Virus record (IMG/VR): IMGVR_UViG_3300045988_184153
Direction: 5' to 3' (one strand)
DNA: 64,000 bases
Source: a virus
The notes under the pieces were generated by a model that saw nothing but the letters and a program-made list of their open reading frames with translations, did no database searches and was not told the DNA's origin. Shown in pieces: positions 9,330-18,633 of this stretch (within the stretch, counting starts at the first letter, position 1; each line of letters begins with the position of its first letter). Position numbers and translations under genes: made by a program.

Positions 9330-10439
9330 TTGGCAAATAAAATCTCCAGAAATTTCAGTATCGTACCATCCGGACACCACAAGGGTGCTGGTCAAGCAAA
9401 AGATAAGAATGTACCAGATGATAGCGGTATCATTACATTCACATCATCACTAGGGTTCTTATATCGAAACAAAGAGGCTCGTGCAAAAACCAATAAATCA
9501 GGATCTTACCTTTTGGGAGTGCTTAATTGTGAACAAGGTTTAGATTCTGTTAAAAAACGACTAAATTTTTATGGTTGGTTCGGAAAAGCAGCCCAAAATA
9601 ATCCTGACAAGAAATTCACAGATTTTGATGTAACTTCTATCTTCCTATTTGGAGGAAAAGTAACTAAATATGAAAGTGGTAAATTAGATAAATATATCAC
9701 AATGTTAGAGCGTCATCTTGGCGATGAAAATGCAACTGTGAAAAATCATCGACAAAGCCCTAAATACAAAGAAGCTCTAAAAGAAGCTGAAAATTCACAA
9801 ATTATTGTGACAGCGAAATTTGACAATCAGTACTTTAGTGTTGACGATAATGATGAAACTCGTGCTAGTATCTCACTCGGTTACGTAACTTTTAATACAG
9901 GTAAAAAGCCTATTGTTACTAATTTGGAGCCATCAGACTCGGATAAACTGGTAGACTTGGTTATTCGTGATGTAGAAAAGAAAGGTGATCCAGCTGAAAA
10001 AGCTTCAGTAGCATTTTCTGTGACCCGCTCCTACCTTAAAAACTTCGGTGGAAGTGATAAGGACAATCTTCGTATGTTTACCTCATCAAAAGATAACGCA
10101 CAGTTTTGGAGTGCTACGATGGGAAGTTATGAGGTTTCAGAACTCCCGACAGACTTCTTCCTAAACTTCTCACAAGAAATGATTGATAAAATCTTGGAAC
10201 AAGATCGTGTGCGATTCTCAATGACGTTCAAGAGTGGTCAGGATATTGATAAAATTCTAAACGTTGATAAAGTTGGAGACGCCATTCTTGTTGTTAATGG
10301 ACAAATTAATTGTGAATTTGATGAAGATTCAAAACGTATTCAGTTTTATGAGTCAGAGCCTAATGAGGATGGCGAAATCTTCAAAACTGTAACATTCCAG
10401 ATCAACCAAGGCACTTTGTACACACAAAAATTGTTGTAA
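9330..10439 (+). CDS. Hypothetical protein (369 aa), TTG start
   Basis: ORF track. AGAAGAGG upstream. Terminator at 10443-10473. Confidence 0.65.
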   Translation: MANKISRNFSIVPSGHHKGAGQAKDKNVPDDSGIITFTSSLGFLYRNKEARAKTNKSGSYLLGVLNCEQGLDSVKKRLNFYGWFGKAAQNNPDKKFTDFDVTSIFLFGGKVTKYESGKLDKYITMLERHLGDENATVKNHRQSPKYKEALKEAENSQIIVTAKFDNQYFSVDDNDETRASISLGYVTFNTGKKPIVTNLEPSDSDKLVDLVIRDVEKKGDPAEKASVAFSVTRSYLKNFGGSDKDNLRMFTSSKDNAQFWSATMGSYEVSELPTDFFLNFSQEMIDKILEQDRVRFSMTFKSGQDIDKILNVDKVGDAILVVNGQINCEFDEDSKRIQFYESEPNEDGEIFKTVTFQINQGTLYTQKLL

Positions 10440-10442
10440 AAT

Positions 10443-10473
10443 AAGGTAAGGATACTTCCTTACCTTATTTTTA
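10443..10473 (+). terminator. Rho-independent terminator
   Basis: AAGGTAAGGATACTTCCTTACCTT hairpin followed by ATTTTT. Confidence 0.8.
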
Positions 10474-10479
10474 GAAAGG

Positions 10480-11990
10480 AGTTACAAAACATTTGTCAAA
10501 AATATTGACAAATGTATTAATATATGTCATCATATACTTATGATTAAATTGAATGATTATTCACGTTTTCTCTTGTTGAATTTATGGTTTAAGGAAGTAT
10601 AAAATGGGGTTGCTGAAAAATGAAAGCTTATAAAACAGAAATAGATCCAACAAAATTTCAAATTGAGCTGATACACAAAACCTTTGGATGTACTCGTTAC
10701 GTTTACAATCAGTTTGTATTTGAAAACTTGGAAAATCTACGATTAGGTAATAAATTCATATCTGCTTTTGATTATTCAAAGAGAACCAATAATGATCCCG
10801 AAACTCCTAGTTGGTTGAAGGAGGTTCCGAGTAAAGCAATAAAGCAATCTTTAATTTATGCTGATCGTGCTTTTAGAGATTATTTTTCTAAACGTAAAGG
10901 AAAACCCAAATTTAAAAAGAAAGGCTCGAATGAAAGTTTTTACCTTATAGGAACTATAAAAGTTGAACGTCATCGTATATTTGTACCAGTTTTAAAATGG
11001 ATTAAGTTGAAAGAATTTGGGTATATTCCTAAGAATATTAGTTCTGTGACCATATCTATGAAAAATGGAAGATATTATATTTCTTGCTTATGTAAAGATG
11101 AAGTAGATGAACGTATACCTTTATCTAACTACATTATGGGGATCGATTTTGGCCTAAAAGACCAGTTTATCACAGAAGATAGAATTATACCATCAATTAA
11201 TAGAACCCCACGCATTAAAAAACTGGAGAAACGTTTACGCAGAGAGCAAAGAAAACTTTCTCGCAAATATGAAGCAAATATTGTCGATAAGGTTTTTTAT
11301 AAAACGGGCACTAAAAAGGGGCAACTTAAGTCTTACAAGCGGTTGAAACCTTTGCCTGATTGTAAGAATATTCAAAAGCAGAAATTGAAAGTTGCTCATA
11401 TTTATGAGCGTTTAACTCGTATTCGGACGGAATATAATCGGAAGGCGCTACATTCTTTAGTGTTAGAGCGAAAACCAAGCTCTATTGTTATAGAAAACTT
11501 AGCAGTGCGAAACTTGATGAAAAACCGTCGTTTGAGTAAAACCATCTCGAAAGCTCAGTGGTATCAGAGTCGATTGTATTTAGAAAATCTATGTAAAAAG
11601 TTAGGCATAGAACTAAGATTAGTAGACAGATTTTACCCGTCTAGTAAACTATGTTCTGATTGTGGTTTTAAGTATAAAGATTTAAAACTGAGTGAAAGAT
11701 TTTGGACTTGTTCTAATTGTGGTAGTGAACACGATAGAGATAGAAATGCCGCTATCAATTTAGGACAATGCAAACAATATACTGTGTTGACAGCAGTTTA
11801 AATATCGTCTCTACCGTGGGTTACACGGGAAGTTAAGCTTGTGGACTGTTATATCAAATGAGAGTAGACTTTATATTTCAAAGTATAAAGACAAAATCAG
11901 ACAGGTTGAAGCAAGAAGAATTTTTAAAAATAATTTAGAAAGGATCGTAAAATATACATTTTGGTATATTTTATGTAACAGTTTTATATT
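10480..11990 (+). mobile_element. IS200/IS605-family element carrying only tnpB (IS1341-like, non-autonomous), with structured flanks
   Basis: tnpB CDS. Upstream perfect 10-bp inverted repeat ACATTTGTCA-7nt-TGACAAATGT at about 10488-10514. Downstream 190 bp with several hairpins (CCGTGGGTTACACGG, CTTTATA..TATAAAG, AAATATAC..GTATATTT) consistent with a right end and omega-RNA region. No tnpA nearby. Boundaries are approximate. Confidence 0.55.
10620..11801 (+). CDS. tnpB: TnpB (IS605 OrfB family, RuvC-like RNA-guided endonuclease), 393 aa, catalytic motifs intact
   Basis: RuvC-I GIDFGLKD, RuvC-II IVIENL, zinc finger CSDCG...CSNCG, RuvC-III HDRDRNAAINL. These are family-defining motifs. Confidence 0.85.
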   Translation: MKAYKTEIDPTKFQIELIHKTFGCTRYVYNQFVFENLENLRLGNKFISAFDYSKRTNNDPETPSWLKEVPSKAIKQSLIYADRAFRDYFSKRKGKPKFKKKGSNESFYLIGTIKVERHRIFVPVLKWIKLKEFGYIPKNISSVTISMKNGRYYISCLCKDEVDERIPLSNYIMGIDFGLKDQFITEDRIIPSINRTPRIKKLEKRLRREQRKLSRKYEANIVDKVFYKTGTKKGQLKSYKRLKPLPDCKNIQKQKLKVAHIYERLTRIRTEYNRKALHSLVLERKPSSIVIENLAVRNLMKNRRLSKTISKAQWYQSRLYLENLCKKLGIELRLVDRFYPSSKLCSDCGFKYKDLKLSERFWTCSNCGSEHDRDRNAAINLGQCKQYTVLTAV

Positions 11991-11995
11991 CTCTA

Positions 11996-12820
11996 ATGAA
12001 AAAATTTTTAAAACGACTATTATTCGTTGTGGTTATTCTTGGAGTTTTTTCCGGTCTGGGATGGTACTCTTATAAAAGTGGTTGGCTAGAGAAAAAATTA
12101 TCCACTACTTCGGTTCCTTTTGAATTTTTCAGGACTTATAATAACAAATCAATCAATGAAATGACGGTTAAAAACGAAGGGAATCGTTCAGCAGAGACTC
12201 TTAAAAAGGAACTCTATGGATTAACATCAATATTCAATTCTGATACTGTAACAAAACCAGACATCAGCTCTACACATTTGACAGATTCAGGAAAGGATGA
12301 GTTAAACAAAATTCTAGAGCCTATTTATGGTGTAGAGAATCAATTCGTAGGTGAATCTCACGTAACAGGATTTGTTCAAGACAAGGACGGTTGGAATCCA
12401 ATCGTCACCTTTAGTGTTTTTAATGATACATCATCAATTCAGAATATTAGTTATAAACTTGTTAAAGCAGATGGTGTTTGGAGCTTATCGGATAAGATTT
12501 CTGAAACAACAGATGAGTTTGCATATTCGGAATTACCAGATGATTTTAGCGTGACTTATTTGGATCAGATCATCGCTCAAGATGATAAGTTTTATAAAAA
12601 TAAACAGTGGCAAAATCTCACATCAACAGTTCCAGAAGAGGTTACTGAATTACTTTCAAAAAACTATCCAAATACAACTTCAAGAATTGTATATTTCGAT
12701 TCAACAGCAATGGTTAAAATTTACCACGCTGTAAGCACTCCTGAGAAGATTAAGTTTATTGTTAGAACTCAATCACTAGACAGTGCAAACTCTTCAGTTT
12801 ATTCTTTGAATATTGAATAA
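11996..12820 (+). CDS. Membrane-anchored or secreted hypothetical protein (274 aa)
   Basis: ORF track. N-terminal hydrophobic segment LLFVVVILGVFSGLGWY. Confidence 0.6.
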   Translation: MKKFLKRLLFVVVILGVFSGLGWYSYKSGWLEKKLSTTSVPFEFFRTYNNKSINEMTVKNEGNRSAETLKKELYGLTSIFNSDTVTKPDISSTHLTDSGKDELNKILEPIYGVENQFVGESHVTGFVQDKDGWNPIVTFSVFNDTSSIQNISYKLVKADGVWSLSDKISETTDEFAYSELPDDFSVTYLDQIIAQDDKFYKNKQWQNLTSTVPEEVTELLSKNYPNTTSRIVYFDSTAMVKIYHAVSTPEKIKFIVRTQSLDSANSSVYSLNIE

Positions 12821-12843
12821 TTATTAAAATTAAAATCTAATTG

Positions 12844-12925
12844 TTGACAAAAATATTTTTTTCAACTATAATAATAGTAGCGATAAAACGCCCTTCGCTA
12901 CAAAAAATTCAAAAAGGGTTTTTGT
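12844..12925 (+). promoter_or_regulatory. Perfect-consensus sigma-A promoter plus conserved leader element, copy 1, upstream of 13040..13816
   Basis: -35 TTGACA (12844-12849), 17 nt, -10 TATAAT (12867-12872). Then TAGCGATAAAACGCCCTTCGCTACAAAAAATTCAAAAAGGGTTTTT, with stem TAGCGA/TCGCTA and GCCCTT/AAGGGT+U-run. Second copy at 29611. Confidence 0.6.
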
Positions 12926-13039
12926 CTTTCTAGCAACATACTGCGATGACTTCAACCATCGTCGCACGTCTCTTGCATTCACACTGAGGGGATTGTGCAA
13001 ACGATCCCTTCTTTTAATTAAGAATCGAGGTATTTTTTT

Positions 13040-13816
13040 ATGAAACAAGTCCTAAAACGATTACAGGATGGAATTGACAATGGGTCAATCAGTATTGATG
13101 AGGCTCGCTCACAATTGGGGCCAACAAGTGTTTATTTTGACACTTGCGATTTGAAACTTTACACAAAACTAAAAAAATCAATTGATAAAAATGTTGGTTA
13201 TAACCACTTATTCTTGTTTGATCAAGATGTTAAAGAAAAGATTCCGGTTGATGTTTATAAGGATTACATCAAAAAGGCTTGCGACCATATCGAAGCGCTT
13301 TTGCACGATAACCCTAAAATGGGTCAGCGAATCGAGCTTGTGAAGAAAAATTGGCTTAGTTTAACAATCATCACATCTTCAATTGACGAAGAGTTCGAAC
13401 TTTTTAAATCCATTCGGGCCTCCTATTCGGATATCGAATTTAACGCAACCTTTGGTCAACGATACGAAGAAGATTTTAAAAACTACATTTACAAAGAACT
13501 TCGCTCAGAAGCCAATTCCAAAAAGGATTCTTCAGATCTTGGAAGTGCAACTAACTTCCTTTATAAAACAAACATCGTAAAATTCTTTGGCGGTGAAATT
13601 GCAGCAGAATTACTTTGCTCGCTAACCGGAAAATCACGTGAACGTTACGTTCTACAAGGTAAGATTACATCGGATTTTCTCAGAAGCCCTCACACAGTAG
13701 CAAATTTCTTCTCTTTGGAACAAATCGAAAAAATCGAATCTAACTTAGAGGAATATAGTATCTGGAATAATCAAATTCTAGATTTATTGAATATTGCTAA
13801 GAAAAAGCTTAAGTAA
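13040..13816 (+). CDS. Hypothetical protein (258 aa)
   Basis: ORF track. Preceded by leader copy 1. Terminator at 13823-13860. Confidence 0.65.
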   Translation: MKQVLKRLQDGIDNGSISIDEARSQLGPTSVYFDTCDLKLYTKLKKSIDKNVGYNHLFLFDQDVKEKIPVDVYKDYIKKACDHIEALLHDNPKMGQRIELVKKNWLSLTIITSSIDEEFELFKSIRASYSDIEFNATFGQRYEEDFKNYIYKELRSEANSKKDSSDLGSATNFLYKTNIVKFFGGEIAAELLCSLTGKSRERYVLQGKITSDFLRSPHTVANFFSLEQIEKIESNLEEYSIWNNQILDLLNIAKKKLK

Positions 13817-13822
13817 TTAATC

Positions 13823-13860
13823 AGAGACTGTTTTTATTGAAGACAGTCTCTCTTTTCTTT
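13823..13860 (+). terminator. Rho-independent terminator
   Basis: AGAGACTGTTTTTATTGAAGACAGTCTCT hairpin followed by CTTTTCTTTT. Confidence 0.75.
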
Positions 13861-13922
13861 TATAATTTAAGAAATTTGTAAAATATCTGAATTAATTTCA
13901 GAAAGGAAAGAAGGAAATTTTA
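13861..13922 (+). promoter_or_regulatory. Canonical promoter/5'UTR cassette: TATAAT-TTAAGAAA, inverted repeat TCTGAATTAATTTCAGA, extended SD AGGAAAGAAGGAAA, then ATG
   Basis: Direct reading. The same architecture recurs more than 30 times in the window. Confidence 0.7.
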
Positions 13923-15446
13923 ATGGTAAAGCAAACTAATGTTAGTTTTGAATCAAAATATTTGCGTATGTTGAATAATATTGCGAAAAGGATGGTTGAG
14001 AATAGCTTCGAAATTAAAGTTGACGAATCTTATTTGATAGATAATTTATCAAAAACCTCAATGAATAAAAATAGATTATCATTATCGATCAATGGCAATG
14101 GATGTCAGCTAATTATTTTCGGGGATGAGGGGGCAGATTTTAATAACATAAACTATTGTAATTTTGAAAATATTTTTACAGGGATTGTTATTAAAGATTT
14201 GAATATCGAGAAATATCTCAGAGAAGAGACTAGATATGGTAAGTTCTATGGTCATAATCTATCAAAGGTAATTGGCAAAACTTTGCTAGATGAATTATCT
14301 GATTTAAACTCAAATAATGACTTCACAAACCATCAAACTTTGAATTTAATTGATAATCTAACGCCAGGACTTGCTTTGTTAATTTATGTTAAATTAATGG
14401 AGATTGGTTCTCGTTACAACAATTACGATTCTCACGAGATCAAATACTACATTGATGACAAAGATGTTAACGAAGGTATTTATAGAGATCTTGACCTTTG
14501 TAAGTTCTTACTAGAAGATGTGAAAAATTATTTTTCAGAAGACGTTTTGGTTGATCGAGTTGCGAATGCTATTTCTGAGTATATTTCTGATGATGAAGAT
14601 ACGTATGAAAACGTAAACTATTTCTGTATTTCAAATTCGAGATGTAAAACTTTTTTTGATACAATTGTAAAATGTTTCGGCAAAGATGTATTTGTGAGTG
14701 CTATCCAAAAATTATTGAGTAGCGAACATCATAATTTAAATGATTGTGACTGCGATCATCTGCGTAATAGTGAATTAAAATCTCATTTTGTTTTCGCAAA
14801 ATCTATTCTTAAATTTTTAAAGGAAGGAGATTTCAGTGAATCACAAAAGAAAATTCTTTTTGATGAATTGATGTTTGTTTTTTTTGAGAAAGATGAACAT
14901 TCAGAATACACACTTCATCAAAAATGGCAACAGATGTTTGATGTAGCTCAAAAAAAATCTGCTTTTGATTTTCGTTTAAATGATTTTAAAGAACGATTCC
15001 AAGAAGCGTTTGGTATGTTAATTGATTACCTAAAAGAAAACAGCAATACTGATAGAACTTTATTTATCAACGCTCCAACTCATAGCGGGTGTGATTTGAA
15101 TATTTTCAAGCAAGAAAAAATTGATGATGAAGAGTTTGATATTTTTAATCCTTATCTGAAAAACTTTTTAAATTTCTTTGATTTTGCTACAAAAATTATC
15201 ACTGACCACAAGTCGGAACATCTTTTCAAAATAGTAACACTATCATACAATGATGAGTTTATAACACTAGACGAAAATGAAGATTTAAGTTCCTTGAGAA
15301 AAACAAAAGACTATCGTGAACTTCTAAATCTATCTTTGGATGTTTTTAGTGAAACTTCAGATAAATTCGATGAAGGATCGAAGCAAGTTTTAAATAAACT
15401 TATCAACAGCACAATATTCAGATTATCTCAAATTGATTCAAAATAA
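13923..15446 (+). CDS. Hypothetical protein (507 aa), starts MVKQT
   Basis: ORF track. Canonical cassette upstream. Bidirectional terminator at 15449-15476. Confidence 0.7.
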   Translation: MVKQTNVSFESKYLRMLNNIAKRMVENSFEIKVDESYLIDNLSKTSMNKNRLSLSINGNGCQLIIFGDEGADFNNINYCNFENIFTGIVIKDLNIEKYLREETRYGKFYGHNLSKVIGKTLLDELSDLNSNNDFTNHQTLNLIDNLTPGLALLIYVKLMEIGSRYNNYDSHEIKYYIDDKDVNEGIYRDLDLCKFLLEDVKNYFSEDVLVDRVANAISEYISDDEDTYENVNYFCISNSRCKTFFDTIVKCFGKDVFVSAIQKLLSSEHHNLNDCDCDHLRNSELKSHFVFAKSILKFLKEGDFSESQKKILFDELMFVFFEKDEHSEYTLHQKWQQMFDVAQKKSAFDFRLNDFKERFQEAFGMLIDYLKENSNTDRTLFINAPTHSGCDLNIFKQEKIDDEEFDIFNPYLKNFLNFFDFATKIITDHKSEHLFKIVTLSYNDEFITLDENEDLSSLRKTKDYRELLNLSLDVFSETSDKFDEGSKQVLNKLINSTIFRLSQIDSK

Positions 15447-15448
15447 AA

Positions 15449-15476
15449 AAAGACCCAACCCGGGTCTTTTATTTTT
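15449..15476. terminator. Bidirectional Rho-independent terminator
   Basis: AGACCCAACCCGGGTCT hairpin flanked by A-run and T-run. Shared by 13923..15446 (+) and the small ORF 15469..15582 (-). Confidence 0.75.
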
Positions 15477-15582
15477 GTGTTTTTTTGTAATAAAGTTTCA
15501 CTCCAATTACAAATAGTGTCAATATAACGGCGAACGCCCCTACAAAAACTGAAAACACTATGTTAAAAAATAAATTTTTCAT
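15469..15582 (-). CDS. Small membrane protein (37 aa), not in the ORF track
   Basis: Manual translation: MKNLFFNIVFSVFVGAFAVILTLFVIGVKLYYKKTQK. Preceded by GAAAGAAGGAAAAAATG, which matches the window-wide SD. Confidence 0.45.
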   Translation of the reverse strand: MKNLFFNIVFSVFVGAFAVILTLFVIGVKLYYKKTQK

Positions 15583-15612
15583 TTTTTCCTTCTTTCAAAA
15601 AAGATATTTTTT

Positions 15613-16443
15613 CTAATTATAATATTCAGTTAGCTTTAAAATATTTTGTGGATTGTCGCTCAAATCAACACGGCTACGTAATTTTGGATAGCTATTAATC
15701 GTACCACCTGAAATTTGAACTGGATGTGCAACTGCGATAATGTCACCAGAGTATCGAATATCCTCCTGTTCGACTGGATCCACTTGGTTGATGTTCACAA
15801 TGTTTAATTTATAAACCTGACCACTTTTTTGTGCGAAATCTGCAAGAATACCAAGAGATTCTGATAACTTATCCTCTTCAGATCCTGGGTTGTAATAGAT
15901 CGTGATATCCAAAAACAAACCGGATAGATTTTCAGACAAATTCTTACTCTGATTTTTGTAAATTAAGTGCGCTTTTCCAGATTTTGAGGATAATAATGAG
16001 ATTCTAGAAGCAGGATCCCCGACCTTAAATTGATTAAGAACATTTTTTGTTTCTTTATCAAATTCAGACTGATTATTCTCTAAAACTTTGACAAAAGAGT
16101 TTTCGTTTTGCGTTAGATCTGATAGCGACTCATCAAACAATAAGGTGGTGTTACCCTCTGAATTGTAATAGAATACGTTGTTTAATGAGCTTAGTTTTAA
16201 AGGAATCAAAGTAGAGTATTTATCCTTATATTTTTTTAGAAAATTAATCAGCTGAACTTCTTGACTTACACTTGAATCAGATTTGTTCTGTTTGGATACA
16301 AACTCTGATCTATTTGCCTCACTTGTGCTTATTTCTCTATTGTTTGGGGTACGATCGCCAAAAATGTAAAAAAGCATAAAGAAGAGCGCTAAAATTGGGG
16401 CTAAAACTCCAATAACTGATCCTATTCCATTATTTTTATTCAT
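15613..16443 (-). CDS. Membrane-anchored protein, member 1 of a tandem triplet family (276 aa)
   Basis: N-terminal TM GVLAPILALFFMLFYIF. Shares a C-terminal about 150-aa domain with 16567..17565 and 17651..18547 (HLIY..Y.P..E.D....L....A...G....L.I..N......ED..YSGD..AVA). Own cassette at 16444-16510 with palindrome ACAGTTATAACTGT. Confidence 0.7.
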   Translation of the reverse strand: MNKNNGIGSVIGVLAPILALFFMLFYIFGDRTPNNREISTSEANRSEFVSKQNKSDSSVSQEVQLINFLKKYKDKYSTLIPLKLSSLNNVFYYNSEGNTTLLFDESLSDLTQNENSFVKVLENNQSEFDKETKNVLNQFKVGDPASRISLLSSKSGKAHLIYKNQSKNLSENLSGLFLDITIYYNPGSEEDKLSESLGILADFAQKSGQVYKLNIVNINQVDPVEQEDIRYSGDIIAVAHPVQISGGTINSYPKLRSRVDLSDNPQNILKLTEYYN

Positions 16444-16566
16444 AATAAATCCTTCCTTCTAACAGTTATAACTGTTTTTATTATTTCCTAAATTATAAAG
16501 AAATAAAAAAACGCCCGTTTGATAACGAGCAATTCAATTAATTTTTATTCAAAGTTAATGGGATTT

Positions 16567-17565
16567 TTAATTATTAAAATAATAGGTTATATTATTGATA
16601 TCTTCTGCATTATCAGTGATTTTCACTTTACTTCTTTTCCTGTACTCATTGTATATTCCGTAAGGCTTTGTAACCCTAACCTTTTCTGCAACAGCAACAA
16701 CATCTCCCGAATATTGAACATCTTCCAAAATTGCGGCGTTCTCGTCATTAATGTCTATAATATCAAAAGTTAAGATGTTTCCACGATCTTTTGCGTATTC
16801 AATCACATAGTCTAAAACTTTAGCTACAATATCCTCGTCTTTCTTCGGATCATAATATAACTTTAATATTAAATAATCATTATCAAACCAACTATCATAA
16901 CCCGGATCACCGTGATATCTGTATATGAGATGAGTTTTTCCACGATCACTTGATAGCAAATCGATCTTCTTTTTATTACTTCCAGACTGAAATTCTTGAA
17001 GTACAGATATACTTTCTTGATCAAATTCAGACTGTTGTTTTAATAGATAGTTTACAACCTCACTCTCATTAAAGTCTAAATCTTCAAAGTACAATTTCTT
17101 CGGAACTACATCTTTCGTTCCATCTTTTTTGTAATAAATAATATCATTAGCAGATTCTAAACTATGGAGTGATAAGTTCGGCAATTTGTTTTTATATTTT
17201 GTAACAAAATTTCGAATATCCACTTCGTTCTGATAAGAGTTCTTTTCAAACAAAGGGGAATCATTGTAAGTTCTGTATATTTCTTTCTCTTTATCCTCGT
17301 GTTTCTTTGATTCATAATTACTTTTTGGCAATTCTCTTGTGAAAACGTATTTTATCTTATCATAAAATGAAGTATTTTCAACACCGTACTCATTAAACTT
17401 TTCTGGAATAACAAAAGTGAAGACGAATGCAACTGATAGGATAAATATTATGTGCAATAATATAAAAATAAAAAATAACTTCTTTTTTCTACTTTCCTTT
17501 TTTAGATTATTCTTTCTTGTTTTGTTATTTAACGAAAATCGATTCTTTCTTTTAAAATTATTCAT
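16567..17565 (-). CDS. Membrane-anchored protein, member 2 of the tandem triplet family (332 aa)
   Basis: N-terminal TM FFIFILLHIIFILSVAFVF. Conserved C-terminal domain. Cassette plus upstream terminator at 17566-17650. Confidence 0.7.
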   Translation of the reverse strand: MNNFKRKNRFSLNNKTRKNNLKKESRKKKLFFIFILLHIIFILSVAFVFTFVIPEKFNEYGVENTSFYDKIKYVFTRELPKSNYESKKHEDKEKEIYRTYNDSPLFEKNSYQNEVDIRNFVTKYKNKLPNLSLHSLESANDIIYYKKDGTKDVVPKKLYFEDLDFNESEVVNYLLKQQSEFDQESISVLQEFQSGSNKKKIDLLSSDRGKTHLIYRYHGDPGYDSWFDNDYLILKLYYDPKKDEDIVAKVLDYVIEYAKDRGNILTFDIIDINDENAAILEDVQYSGDVVAVAEKVRVTKPYGIYNEYRKRSKVKITDNAEDINNITYYFNN

Positions 17566-17650
17566 AATTTTCCTCCTAAATTTTGTTAATTTTTGAAAAA
17601 TTATATTAGAGAAAAAGAGCCCACTAACAAATGGACTCTTTTTCTAATGG

Positions 17651-18547
17651 CTAATCTTCATTTTTCGGAATCACGTTGTTTTGAATAAATTCTTCAAAAT
17701 TAGATTTATTGAAATAATCAACCAAATCAATGATGTGATCTGGATTTTTCGTTAAACTAATTTGATGTCGATTTTCTTTGTTTTCAAACATACCATATTC
17801 GGCTGTAACACGTATAGGATAAGCCACGGCTGTAACATCTCCAGAGTAATTGATATCCTCCAAAACAACGGCATTTTCCTTGTTAACATCAATTAAATTC
17901 AAACGAAGAATATTTCCCTTATCCTTTGCCTGTTTTCTCAGGATATCCAAGGATGTTGCTAGGTTATTTATATCTGATTCTGAATTTGGATTGTAGTAAA
18001 TTTTTAAAACCAGGTAATCCCCGTTCAACCAGCGCTCGTAGCCCGGATTCCCGTTGTAACGATAAATTAGGTGCGCCTTTCCACGCTCAGTAGACAACAA
18101 ATCTACTTTTGATTTTGCGTCACCCTGCTGAAATTCTTCAAAAACAACCTTACTTTCCTGATCGAAGTCTTCCTGCTTATCTGATAAGAATTTAAGGACA
18201 TCATTTTCTTTTCCTTTTATATCAGTTCCGTATAGTTCTTCCGGGACTAAATTCATATAACCATCTTTTTGATAGTAAATAATCTTATTTGTATAGTCAA
18301 AACTGTTCATTGATAATACAGTAAATTTATTTTTATTTTTTGCTACAAATTCAAGCACTTCACGTTTTTGTTGCCACAATGAAGGTTCTGATTTTATTCT
18401 TTCAACATAGTTTCTAACTCCGAAAGGATCATTGTTTCTTTTGTGATATTCTGAAGAAAAAAAGAGATAACCAAAGAAAAGAAAAAGTAATGTTAAAAAT
18501 GTGAAAAATGAATATAGCCAATCGCTATTATTTTTGTTGTTTTCCAT
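17651..18547 (-). CDS. Membrane-anchored protein, member 3 of the tandem triplet family (start moved to MENNKNN; the ORF-track N-terminal 30 aa read through the promoter cassette)
   Basis: Cassette TATAATTAATAAAAATATAAATCCAGTAAAAACTGGTAGAAAGAAGGTTGTT-ATG sits on the minus strand upstream of 18547. TM LTLLFLFFGYLFF. Confidence 0.65.
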   Translation of the reverse strand: MENNKNNSDWLYSFFTFLTLLFLFFGYLFFSSEYHKRNNDPFGVRNYVERIKSEPSLWQQKREVLEFVAKNKNKFTVLSMNSFDYTNKIIYYQKDGYMNLVPEELYGTDIKGKENDVLKFLSDKQEDFDQESKVVFEEFQQGDAKSKVDLLSTERGKAHLIYRYNGNPGYERWLNGDYLVLKIYYNPNSESDINNLATSLDILRKQAKDKGNILRLNLIDVNKENAVVLEDINYSGDVTAVAYPIRVTAEYGMFENKENRHQISLTKNPDHIIDLVDYFNKSNFEEFIQNNVIPKNED

Positions 18548-18633
18548 AACAACCTTCTTTCTACCAGTTTTTACTGGATTTATATTTTTATTAATTATAA
18601 TTAAAATAAAAAATAAAGAAAGAAGGTGCCTTG

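Noticed and set aside
11839-12075. ORF 11839..12075 (+) in the tnpB 3' flank
   Set aside because: It lies in the hairpin-rich IS right-end region and overlaps the start of 11996..12820. There is no RBS, so it is more likely non-coding RNA scaffold.
12866-13048. ORF 12866..13048 (-)
   Set aside because: It lies antisense across the duplicated promoter/leader element. The conserved element is better explained as a + strand regulatory RNA.
16519-16773. ORF 16519..16773 (+)
   Set aside because: It is antisense to the 3' end of 16567..17565. It is AT-rich low-complexity sequence with no RBS.
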